A stretch of 64,000 nucleotides of DNA from Anaerolineae bacterium (lineage in GTDB: Bacteria; Chloroflexota; Anaerolineae; Anaerolineales; E44-bin32). Made by a program: the position numbers and the translations under genes. The stretch covers positions 62,670 through 126,669 of the forward strand of contig BTQZ01000002.1 in the NCBI GenBank assembly GCA_036986135.1. The letters run 5' to 3'. Below, piece by piece: positions 16,720 through 25,044 of the stretch; within the stretch, counting starts at the first letter, position 1, and the number at the start of each line of letters is the position of its first letter. The notes under the pieces are model-generated. The model was given only the letters and a program-made list of their open reading frames with translations, had not been told where the DNA came from and did no database searches.

Positions 16720-18567
16720 ATGCCCGAAGTCATGCTTGAAGGGATCCCCGCCAAGCCCGGCTGCTATCTCATGAAGGATAAGGCAGGTCGGGTGATCTAT
16801 GTCGGCAAGGCGGTTAATCTCCGCAGCCGCGTTCGCTCCTACTTTCACGCTTCAGCCGCACAGGATCGGAAGACGACGATTCTCGTTGCGCGCATAGCGG
16901 ATATCGAGTGGATCGTCGTCGATTCGGAGCTCGAGGCCTTGATTCTCGAGATGAATCTGATCAAACGGCACAAGCCGAAGTACAACGTGCGCCTCAAGGA
17001 CGACAAACGCTATCCTTATGTCAAGGTGCACTGGGCGGATCCCTTCCCGAAAGTCACAATGACCCGTCGCATTGCCAACGACGGCGGCCGCTACTACGGC
17101 CCCTATACCAGTGTGTGGGCTGTGCATCAGACCCTGGATGTCTTGCGGAAAATCTTCCCCTATCTGACCTGCGATCGAGTCATCACCGGTGAGGATCTGA
17201 GGGCCTGCCTGTACTATGACATCAGGCTTTGCATGGCGCCTTGTATCGGCGTCGTTAACCGGACGGGCTATCGGGCGATGATTGCAGATCTATGCAGGTT
17301 TCTCGAGGGGCAAACGGAACCTATCCTTGAGCGGCTTGAGAACGAGATGGAGCGCGCTTCGGCCGCGACGGAATACGAGCGTGCGGCGGCCATCCGCGAT
17401 CAGCTGACCGCTATCGAGAAAGTGGTGGAAGGCCAAAAGGTCGTTTCCAAAGATAAGATGGATTCAGACGTGATTGCCTTCGCCAGGGACGATCGAAATG
17501 CCTGCGTCCAAGTCTTCTTCATTCGACGTGGAAAGATGATTGGCCGGGAGTACTTCGTATTGGAGGGAACGAGCAAGGCCAATGATGAAGAAGTCGTGCG
17601 AGCCTTTGTGAAGCAGTTCTACGCCAATTCGGCGACCCTCCCGCAACGAGTGCTGCTCCCGCTGGAAATCGAGGAAGCCACTATCATAGAAAGCTGGTTG
17701 AATCGTCGGAGTGAGCATCGTAAAGTCAAGATCACGGTGCCGCGACGAGGGGTGAAGAAGGAGTTGGTGGCGATGGCGGCCGACAATGCGGCCGAAACGC
17801 TGACCATGCTCAGGGCACAATGGGAGGCCGATCGAAGCAAGCATGTACAGGCGCTCTCAGAGTTGAAGGAAGTACTGAGCCTGCCACGGCCGCCCAACCG
17901 GATTGAAGGCTACGATATCTCGAATCTTCAAGGCACTGCCGCAGCCGGATCTATGGTAGTTTTCGAGCAGGGTTCGCCGAACAAGTCACTGTATCGCAAG
18001 TACACCATCAAGTCCGTTCAGGGTCAGGATGATTTCGCGAGCATGGAGGAGCTGCTGAATCGCCGGTTTCGCAGATGGGAGCTCTCCCAAGAGGCTGTGA
18101 AGGCCCCCGGGGCCAAGCTCGATCGTGCATTCGGCTTTTTGCCCGATCTAGTATTGATCGACGGTGGCAAGGGCCAGCTCAGGAGAGCGGCCGATGTGCT
18201 AAGGTCCTTTGGCTTGGCAGACCAGGTTCCCATCGTGAGTTTGGCCAAGCGGCATGAAGAGTTGTACCGACTGAATCGCCCTGACCCGGTCATCCTGCCC
18301 AGGAACTCCCAAGCTCTGTTTCTGGTCCAGAGAGTACGTGATGAATCCCATCGCTTCGCGCTCAGTCACCACCGGTCACAGCGAAGGCGGAGCGGGCTTA
18401 CTTCGCGGCTTGATACGATCCAGGGGATCGGCCCCGCACGCCGGAAGGCACTCCTGCAGGCCTTCGGCGATCTGGAAGGAATACGTTTAGCGGATGTGGA
18501 GGAGATCGAAACCGTTCGCGGCATCAATCGGGAGCTGGCGAAGCGGGTAAAATCCGAGATCGCCTAA
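16720..18567 (+). CDS. uvrC: Excinuclease ABC subunit C
   Basis: GIY-YIG start MPEVMLEGIPAKPGCYLMKDKAGRVIYVGKAVNLRSRVRSY, UVR domain, RNase H-like and (HhH)2 C-terminus. The upstream 62 codons of the ORF overlap the divergent gene. Confidence 0.93.
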   Translation: MPEVMLEGIPAKPGCYLMKDKAGRVIYVGKAVNLRSRVRSYFHASAAQDRKTTILVARIADIEWIVVDSELEALILEMNLIKRHKPKYNVRLKDDKRYPYVKVHWADPFPKVTMTRRIANDGGRYYGPYTSVWAVHQTLDVLRKIFPYLTCDRVITGEDLRACLYYDIRLCMAPCIGVVNRTGYRAMIADLCRFLEGQTEPILERLENEMERASAATEYERAAAIRDQLTAIEKVVEGQKVVSKDKMDSDVIAFARDDRNACVQVFFIRRGKMIGREYFVLEGTSKANDEEVVRAFVKQFYANSATLPQRVLLPLEIEEATIIESWLNRRSEHRKVKITVPRRGVKKELVAMAADNAAETLTMLRAQWEADRSKHVQALSELKEVLSLPRPPNRIEGYDISNLQGTAAAGSMVVFEQGSPNKSLYRKYTIKSVQGQDDFASMEELLNRRFRRWELSQEAVKAPGAKLDRAFGFLPDLVLIDGGKGQLRRAADVLRSFGLADQVPIVSLAKRHEELYRLNRPDPVILPRNSQALFLVQRVRDESHRFALSHHRSQRRRSGLTSRLDTIQGIGPARRKALLQAFGDLEGIRLADVEEIETVRGINRELAKRVKSEIA

Positions 18568-18603
18568 TCGAACCACGTTCGGGGGAGGCAAACACCGGAT
18601 CAA

Positions 18604-18972
18604 ATGAGACAAGCCTGGATCATTGACGACGACGACGAAATGAGCCATGCCGTGCGGCTTATGCTGGAGCTGCTGGAATTCCAGGTGCGCACCCATCGGG
18701 AGGCTCGCCGAGCAGCCCAAGTGCTGCTCGCAGGCGAACGTCCCGATCTGATCGTACTGGACATCAACATGCCGGAAGTGACCGGCATGGATTTCCTGGA
18801 GTTTCTCGGTATGCGCACCGAATTGAAGGATCTCCCGGTGATCATGCTCTCCACAGAAGCCTCGGATGTGCGAGTGGATGAGGCCATGAAATTGGGGGCT
18901 AAGGGCTTCGTATCAAAACCGGTCACCATCGAGGAATTGGAGACGGTGATCGCGAAAGTATTCCCAGCATAG
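18604..18972 (+). CDS. Single-domain response regulator (CheY-like receiver)
   Basis: AWIIDDDDEM, PDLIVLDINMPEVTGMD, and KGFVSKP with the conserved Lys. Confidence 0.85.
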   Translation: MRQAWIIDDDDEMSHAVRLMLELLEFQVRTHREARRAAQVLLAGERPDLIVLDINMPEVTGMDFLEFLGMRTELKDLPVIMLSTEASDVRVDEAMKLGAKGFVSKPVTIEELETVIAKVFPA

Positions 18973-19000
18973 CGAAAATACACTCAAGGAGGAGGTAGCA

Positions 19001-19420
19001 ATGCCGGTTAGACACGCCTCTGCCACATGGCACGGCAGCATCCAGGAGGGCCATGGGCATATACAGTTCGGCGATTACGAGGGTTCGTATTCGGTTCCCT
19101 CACGATTCGAGGAAGGGGACGGGACGAACCCCGAGGAGTTGCTCGGAGCGGCCCATGCCGGGTGTTTCTCTATGGCGCTGTCCTCAAACTTGAGCGCCGC
19201 GGGCCATCCACCAAGCGCCGTCCAAACCTCCGCTCAAGTGCACATCGACAAGCTAAAAACGGGCTGGGCCGTGACACGTGTGCATCTCGTTACTAAGGTA
19301 GAAGCCGCAGGTCTCGAGGCTGGGGCCTTCCAGAAATTCGCGGAGAAGGCCAAGTCAACATGCCCCATCTCGCGCGCACTGGCGGGGGTCGAGATCACGA
19401 TGGAGGCCAGCCTGTCCTGA
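19001..19420 (+). CDS. OsmC-family peroxiredoxin
   Basis: GTNPEELLGAAHAGCFSMAL and KSTCPISRAL carry the two conserved Cys. Strong SD AAGGAGGAGG. Confidence 0.85.
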   Translation: MPVRHASATWHGSIQEGHGHIQFGDYEGSYSVPSRFEEGDGTNPEELLGAAHAGCFSMALSSNLSAAGHPPSAVQTSAQVHIDKLKTGWAVTRVHLVTKVEAAGLEAGAFQKFAEKAKSTCPISRALAGVEITMEASLS

Positions 19421-19486
19421 TGGTCTCGCAGGGCTTGTCCTGATGGTCTCGCAGGGCTTGTCCTGATGGTCTCGCAGGGCTTGTCC
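19413..19486. repeat. Perfect 23-bp tandem repeat, about 3.2 copies (TGTCCTGATGGTCTCGCAGGGCT)
   Basis: Copies at 19413-19435, 19436-19458 and 19459-19481, plus the partial TGTCC. The first copy contains the osmC-family stop codon (19418-19420). Confidence 0.95.
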
Positions 19487-19511
19487 GGATAAGCTTGCGG
19501 TCGGTCCCAAG

Positions 19512-21113
19512 CTATTTAAGATCTTGCTTGAGTTGCTCCTGCGGTCCATCTATGAGCAATCCCAGCCGAACGGCAGCCTCTTGAAGTTGGCGCCAGTGAA
19601 GGGGATCGACCACCACGCTATTGGACCCTAGCTGCTCCCTCAAATAGCGACCTGTGCTCGGCTCCTTCAACAGCAGGTCGAGTACCTGCGGGTCCTCCAC
19701 GTGAAGGATGGCCTGCCGCTCAATTCTCGCCTCCATCCCGGCCCGCTCCCACCGCTCAAGTGCTTTGAGGACGCCTTCCGGCGTCCCTATCTCAGATAGA
19801 ACTTTGCGAGCATGAGCGGCGGTCAGCCCAAGGTGCTCAGCGGCATGTAAAGATTGGGCCGTCAGCCGATAATAATAGGCGCCCCCATCCATCCGCTCCC
19901 ATGAGCAAAGCCGGGCGAGCTGATAGCGCAGCGTGCGATCCGCTCCGCGCGCGATCCGTATGCGACCGTCGGGCCACGCCGCCGCCTCACCTTCCTTCGA
20001 GACGGTCACGTGCGCATCTGACCCCATGGCCGCTATGAGGCGAAAGGCGGACGGATCGTGGCCAATATCGGCAAGCCCCAGCCAAAGCATCGGGCCCGCG
20101 ATCAAGTGTCTTAAGTATTGCCCCTCGACCTTGTCCCAGGCCTCAAAGCCATGCAAACTGCTGCCATCGTCGGCGAGTTGCAGATACCAACTATCGAATC
20201 CTCCGGCCGGGCGCATGAAGCCTGGTTCCACAGCATGCACCGCCTCTACGAAACTGGATAGCGACCACCAGGTGTCGGCCGGGAGCGTGTCAATCAAGTC
20301 AAGCGCCGCGCGCCTGCCCGCCAGCGGATCGTTGGGCCAATCGCCGGTTGAGCTGAGTACGCCTGCAGTTTGGGAGAGATCGTTCCATTCGGTCGAGCTC
20401 TGCCAGGTTTCTTGGAGAAGCCTTAATGCTCGACCGCGAGGCATTTGCAGGAACTCGCGTATTCGCTCTGGGGATCCGATGACATCCGCTTCCTGCAACA
20501 GACCCTCTATCAAAGCCAGCGAATCCGGCTGTCGGAGGAAGTCCGATAACCATCTGCGATCCAACTCTCCTGCTCGACGGTGGGCGGCCAAAATTGTTGT
20601 CGCGTCGTCCACTGCATAGGCATTCGATGGGATGATTTGTTTCGGAGGTGAGACGGGCTCCCCTAGCGGGCGACGCTCAGGGCGGCTCATCTCTGGCATC
20701 TTGTCCAACAGGTCGTCGGGGACGAAACCGTATTCCTGGGGTCCGCGGGTGGAGTCGGCGAAGGCCTTTGCCATAAGCCCCCGATACCAGAGCATTTCCA
20801 AGGGAGAGGCCGGTTCCTTCCACGGCTCCAGGCGGTCTCTCTTGCCCGGACCCATTTCCCTTAGCGGGCCAAATTGGCGGACGAGCACCTCCATCGGAAC
20901 CCGCCCTCCGCTCTCCAGTATGCATTCCAAGGCATGCCTTGCGTCCCCAGGCAGGGTCTCTAAGATCTCCGGGGTTCGATCCAGCATGGCGCTGGACAGG
21001 TTCTGAACCATTATGGAGTGGTGCTCATTTGGGAGTTCCAGTCCCCAGAGACGGGCGATAACCTTCAGGTGTCCCCGGTCGTGATCCTGGAGGGTCTGGG
21101 CGAGCATCTGCAC
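19512..21113 (-). CDS. Hypothetical protein with C-terminal XPB/Ssl2 N-terminal-like (Helicase_C_3-type) domain, no helicase core
   Basis: YRLTAQSLHAAEHLGLTAAHARKVLSEIGTPEGVLKALERWERAG..ILHVEDPQVLDLLLKEP..VVVDPLHWRQLQEAAVRLGLL matches my recollection of that domain pattern. 6-nt gap to the upstream lipid kinase gene. Confidence 0.5.
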   Translation of the reverse strand: MQMLAQTLQDHDRGHLKVIARLWGLELPNEHHSIMVQNLSSAMLDRTPEILETLPGDARHALECILESGGRVPMEVLVRQFGPLREMGPGKRDRLEPWKEPASPLEMLWYRGLMAKAFADSTRGPQEYGFVPDDLLDKMPEMSRPERRPLGEPVSPPKQIIPSNAYAVDDATTILAAHRRAGELDRRWLSDFLRQPDSLALIEGLLQEADVIGSPERIREFLQMPRGRALRLLQETWQSSTEWNDLSQTAGVLSSTGDWPNDPLAGRRAALDLIDTLPADTWWSLSSFVEAVHAVEPGFMRPAGGFDSWYLQLADDGSSLHGFEAWDKVEGQYLRHLIAGPMLWLGLADIGHDPSAFRLIAAMGSDAHVTVSKEGEAAAWPDGRIRIARGADRTLRYQLARLCSWERMDGGAYYYRLTAQSLHAAEHLGLTAAHARKVLSEIGTPEGVLKALERWERAGMEARIERQAILHVEDPQVLDLLLKEPSTGRYLREQLGSNSVVVDPLHWRQLQEAAVRLGLLIDGPQEQLKQDLK

Positions 21114-21119
21114 CGCAGC

Positions 21120-22034
21120 TCAGACGATGAGATGGATAGCTTCGGGGAGCACCTGCACGGTGAGCTCACGCACGTCGTTCGTAGCGTTGGCGAAGATCTC
21201 TCCGTCCGTGTGAATGAGCAGTGGATGATCCGCTTCGAGCTCAAGCTCCCGGAATCGCCCAATGTGGACTTCCTTGAAGCGTCCGTGCGTGCCGCGCATG
21301 AATTCAGGGATCATGCGAAACATCCTGGGGCGCGATACCCACTCCACCATCGCATAATCGAGCACGCCGTCATCCGGCAGGGCGTCCGGTGCAAGGATGA
21401 AACCGCCCCCCTCGCGCCGACCATTGCAGAAGGTAATCAGAAGGAACTCGTTCTCGATCTCTTCCGAGTCGGTGTGGATCTTGAAATGGGGAGCATGGTG
21501 ATCTCGAAGTATGGTCTTCACCGCGGCCACGAAATACATGGGAGTGCCCTGGAGACGAGTGATGGTATGGGAATTGATGACCGCGGCTGCGTCAAATCCG
21601 ATACCGAGGGAGTTGTCCCAGTACTCGGTGCGGCCTGACCCGTCTCGCACCATTCCGATATCCAGGCCTCTCGGTTCCCCGGAAAAGGCTCGCAGGATTG
21701 CCACGGTAGGATCAGATTCAAGCCCGACATTGGCGCAGAAATCGTTCCCATTTCCTATGGGTACCGCGGCCAGCAAGGGACGGATTTCGGAACTAACCTG
21801 CATCAACCCATTGATGACCTCGTGCACCGTGCCATCGCCACCAACGGCCACCACGATGTCAAAGCCGTCTTGGGCTGCTTCCAAGGCCAGCTCTGTCGCA
21901 TGAGTGGGGTACTCGGTGCCGGTCCATTCCGCGCCTCCCATATGTTCGATCGTCGCCTGCAGTGAGGAGGCAATCCGCCATCCACGCCCATTGTCGGCGT
22001 GATGGTTAAAGATTAGCTTTACGCGGCGATCCAC
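21120..22034 (-). CDS. Diacylglycerol/lipid kinase family protein (YegS/DagK-like)
   Basis: KLIFNHHA.., DIVVAVGGDGTVHEVINGL, IGNGNDF. GTG start. Confidence 0.85.
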   Translation of the reverse strand: MDRRVKLIFNHHADNGRGWRIASSLQATIEHMGGAEWTGTEYPTHATELALEAAQDGFDIVVAVGGDGTVHEVINGLMQVSSEIRPLLAAVPIGNGNDFCANVGLESDPTVAILRAFSGEPRGLDIGMVRDGSGRTEYWDNSLGIGFDAAAVINSHTITRLQGTPMYFVAAVKTILRDHHAPHFKIHTDSEEIENEFLLITFCNGRREGGGFILAPDALPDDGVLDYAMVEWVSRPRMFRMIPEFMRGTHGRFKEVHIGRFRELELEADHPLLIHTDGEIFANATNDVRELTVQVLPEAIHLIV

Positions 22035-22079
22035 TCGTTCAACTGTCCTTTGAAGGCTGCAATTGGGACGATGGAAGCG

Positions 22080-22085
22080 ATTATA
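22080..22085 (-). promoter_or_regulatory. -10 box TATAAT upstream of the lipid kinase gene
   Basis: Minus strand reads ggcTATAATcgc, about 45 nt upstream of GTG 22034. Confidence 0.4.
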
Positions 22086-22504
22086 GCCGATGCGCGAACC
22101 ACTCCTTTATGCGCACGACTCACGCCCGGAACTGACGGCATGCCTGATCACAGCCCCTCAGTAGTACCTTTTTTAAGCGTAATGTGGATTGACTCTTAAG
22201 CCGAGTCTGCGTAGAGTCAGGGCAGTAGGAGCCTCAGGCCACCTAAGGACTGCTATACCCCCGTCGGCCGTGGCGCTACTCTGACCAAACAGCCCAAGCC
22301 ATTCAGTGGGTGGCGAAGGGAAAGTAGTACGCCGGTCGGTCGGAGTTCCGCCCTTCCCTGCGGCGAACAGATGTGGGGCCTTCCGGTAAGAGCGGCAGTG
22401 CCGGCCGTCCGGCGGATTGGCAGGGGGCTCTGCTACTTTAAACAACCCCAATAACCCACACGAGATTCGAGCAAGTAGGAAACATACGCGCGGCTGTCGA
22501 GCCG

Positions 22505-24253
22505 CTAGGAGGACGTACCTAGATCGGATCCTCGGCCCAGGACCCGGTATGCGGTCGAGCCTTCACTTGTTCCGTCGGCTTCAAAGCCAAATTGGTGATG
22601 GGCCGGCTCTAGATATTCGTGGGTGCGTTCGCTGATCCACAATTCCCCATCTGCAGCACGACTTTGCAGCCTGCGCGCGGTTCTCACCAAATCTCCGGTG
22701 ATTGTGAGTTCTTGCCCGATCCTGATGCCTTGGCCCAGCGCGCGATCCGGGAGGTGGGGTCCTACAGTGACCTCCCCGGTGTCGATCCCGATGCCGATGC
22801 CTGGCGCAGGGAGATCAGGGCCTCCGTCGGCCGATTCGACATGCTCAAGCAGCGCTAGCGCAGCGTGGGTCGCGAGCAGGGCGCTCACTTGAGGAGGTGC
22901 GCGGTTCGGAGAAACCCCAAAGGTTGCGGTCAATGCCGATTGCTCTGCGAGACCTACGGTTCCTCCGTGTTGCTGAACAATCTCCGCGCTCTCTGTGAGA
23001 AGGGATTCATCAACCGATGCGGAAAATCTCGCATGCAGTACCGAGACTTTCTCAGCGGACCCGATGGTCGGAAGCGTATCCGCTTCACCGGCCGACGACC
23101 GTCGTTTGGAGCTCGCCGGCAAACGCAGCTTGAACCAGGCCGGTAGGATAAGCAGAGACCCGATCGCGACCGAGACCAAAAATGGAAAGCGCGGCCCGAA
23201 GAGCTCCCAAATCTGGCTTCCGATCCAGGGAGACGGGAGAGAGAAGATGCTGATTGAAGTCGCAAACAGGCCATATGCGACTCCCCTCAGGTGTTGGGGG
23301 ACCGCTTTCGAGATGAGCGAGCTTCCTGAAGGGGCAAATAACCCGAAGCCGATTCCCTGCAGAGCGAACGAGATCGTGAATCCCAGCACATCGCCCGAGA
23401 TCGCAAGCACCAATCGCGATCCGACGCCGGCGAGTAAGGCCAACGCGACGACCGTTCGTTCGCTGGTCCGGTCGACCAGCCATCCCGCCGGATAGAGCGT
23501 GAGCAGAAGAGCCAGCCCGTAAATCCCGTCCATGAAACCGATGCTCTCCAGACGAATCCCCTGGACGTCGGTCAGGTATACAGGGATTAAATCGATCGAT
23601 AGCCTCATGGCGATATCGCGTACTCCATCGATGATCAAAACCCAGGCGATTACGCCGCCTGCGACAAACAAGGCCCACATCTGAGCAAAGGAGCTTTTGA
23701 AGGATTCCCAAGACACCTTTTGGCTTGAGAGCTTTAGGGAGGGGGCCGTACGCAAAAGGAAGAAGAAGATGGCGGCCGCAACTGCAAAGGCAACCATTGC
23801 GACCCCGAACATGAATTGGAATCCAACCGCGGCTGCCAGCACACCGCCGACCATCGGGGCGACGACGCCCGATCCGCGATAAACAGATTGCGAAACCCCG
23901 AACATCCGTCCTCGAGACGGTTCCGGAGTGATATCGGCGATGTAGGCGGCGAAAGCCGGGATCGTTAGCGAGGAAGTGATGGCCATCAACGCCGGAGCTA
24001 GCAGCGCGGCTTCCCAGGTTGGGGCAAGCGCGTAGACGGTGAAAGTCAGCACACCCGTCACGCTCCCGATAAGAATTACCTGCAAGCGACCAACGACATC
24101 CGATAACCAACCGCCCAGAAGCTTTACCAGGATGGGGAAGATCATGGAGATGGTAAAGAACAATCCCAATTGAGTGATGCTGGCGCCTAGCTCCCGGATG
24201 TAGACCGGAATCAGCACAACCGGCATGGTGACGGCGAAATTCGTCAGCGCCAT
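22505..24253 (-). CDS. MFS transporter fused to a C-terminal degenerate class III nucleotidyl cyclase-like domain
   Basis: About 12 TM MFS body. C-terminus VSVLHARFSAS..GGTVGLAEQSALTATFG..GIGIDTGEVTVG..ITGDLVRTARRLQSRAADGELWISERT follows the cyclase homology domain but lacks both metal Asp and the Asn. Confidence 0.7.
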   Translation of the reverse strand: MALTNFAVTMPVVLIPVYIRELGASITQLGLFFTISMIFPILVKLLGGWLSDVVGRLQVILIGSVTGVLTFTVYALAPTWEAALLAPALMAITSSLTIPAFAAYIADITPEPSRGRMFGVSQSVYRGSGVVAPMVGGVLAAAVGFQFMFGVAMVAFAVAAAIFFFLLRTAPSLKLSSQKVSWESFKSSFAQMWALFVAGGVIAWVLIIDGVRDIAMRLSIDLIPVYLTDVQGIRLESIGFMDGIYGLALLLTLYPAGWLVDRTSERTVVALALLAGVGSRLVLAISGDVLGFTISFALQGIGFGLFAPSGSSLISKAVPQHLRGVAYGLFATSISIFSLPSPWIGSQIWELFGPRFPFLVSVAIGSLLILPAWFKLRLPASSKRRSSAGEADTLPTIGSAEKVSVLHARFSASVDESLLTESAEIVQQHGGTVGLAEQSALTATFGVSPNRAPPQVSALLATHAALALLEHVESADGGPDLPAPGIGIGIDTGEVTVGPHLPDRALGQGIRIGQELTITGDLVRTARRLQSRAADGELWISERTHEYLEPAHHQFGFEADGTSEGSTAYRVLGRGSDLGTSS

Positions 24254-24380
24254 GCCGATAAGAAAAATGAGCGTGGGTCGGTTGATTACCAGCTTGTCAG
24301 AAATGTCCCACCCCTGGCATCAATTCGACGGGGTACTCAGATCTTGGCAATCCCGTGTTGTTCTTCCAGGTGTAAGTGGT

Positions 24381-24983
24381 TCAGTTACCTATCAGGCGGT
24401 CCACCTCCGCTATGGCCTGATTACGGCTGCGGAATAGGACCGCGTGCATTCCGATCTCCGCGGCTGCGGAAATGTTGTTCTCAAGATCGTCGACGAATAT
24501 CGCGCGGTCTGCTCGGACCTCCAGCCTATCGAGCGCAAGTCGGTATATTGCAGGATCTGGCTTCCTCAGACCGACCTCGGCCGAGATGACCAGATCATCA
24601 AATGCGTCGTCGATGCGCCAGTGACGCACAAGCTGCTCGCGAAGCTCGAGCCAAGCGTTCGAAATGAGTCCGGTCTGGAATTGCGCCCTCAATCCTCGGA
24701 TATAGCCTACCAATTCCGGATCGAGGTCATCACCCTGCCAGAAGTCCCGAGTCAGCTGCTGCCCTTCTTCTTGGCTTAGATCCAATTCCTGGCGCACCCA
24801 TTCCCAAACCTCATGCGCGTGGATTTCACCCCGGGAAGCCTTCCGACCCATTTCTCCGCCAAAGATCAATCGATCCAGCTGGCGCGGCTCCATCCCCAAA
24901 CGCTGCTCCCAACGCTCGCGCTTGGTTCGATCTTCCGTACGCACGATGACGCCCCCTAGATCCCAGAAGACGGCTTCAATCAT
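24381..24983 (-). CDS. HAD-superfamily hydrolase (subfamily IA-like)
   Basis: MIEAVFWDLGGVIV (motif I variant), LISNA (motif II), FVDDLENNI (motif IV). ORF opens at GTG 25040; ATG 24983 chosen by typical N-terminus. Confidence 0.75.
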   Translation of the reverse strand: MIEAVFWDLGGVIVRTEDRTKRERWEQRLGMEPRQLDRLIFGGEMGRKASRGEIHAHEVWEWVRQELDLSQEEGQQLTRDFWQGDDLDPELVGYIRGLRAQFQTGLISNAWLELREQLVRHWRIDDAFDDLVISAEVGLRKPDPAIYRLALDRLEVRADRAIFVDDLENNISAAAEIGMHAVLFRSRNQAIAEVDRLIGN

Positions 24984-25044
24984 GGCTTCATGCATTCTCG
25001 TTGAAGTGTATCCGAAGGGACTCAAGCCATACAAAGGCACAGTT

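Noticed and set aside
19413-19486. CRISPR-like array.
   Set aside because: The units are directly adjacent with no spacers, there are only about 3 copies of 23 bp, and no cas genes are present. It is a simple tandem repeat.
22086-22504. RNase P RNA, tmRNA or a cobalamin riboswitch in the long gap. Prompted by CGGTAAGAGCG, CAGACTCGGCTTA (minus strand) and AAGGGAAAG strings.
   Set aside because: GAGGAAAGTCCGGGC (CR-I) is missing. The spacing between the CR-I-like and CR-V-like strings is about 150 nt, versus the ~300 nt required. There is no tRNA-like 3' end or tag ORF for tmRNA. There is no B12 box (GCCACTG ... AGCCAGGAGACCTGCC-like).
23085-24110. Long ORFs antisense to or overlapping confident genes (e.g. 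23085-24110, 60789-61685, 36234-37004, 2360-3043, 39142-39543, 48436-48951 upstream part).
   Set aside because: These are typical high-GC shadow ORFs. They have Arg/Pro/Gly/Ser-rich translations with no motifs. Each overlaps a gene or tRNA with strong family signatures on the other strand or frame.
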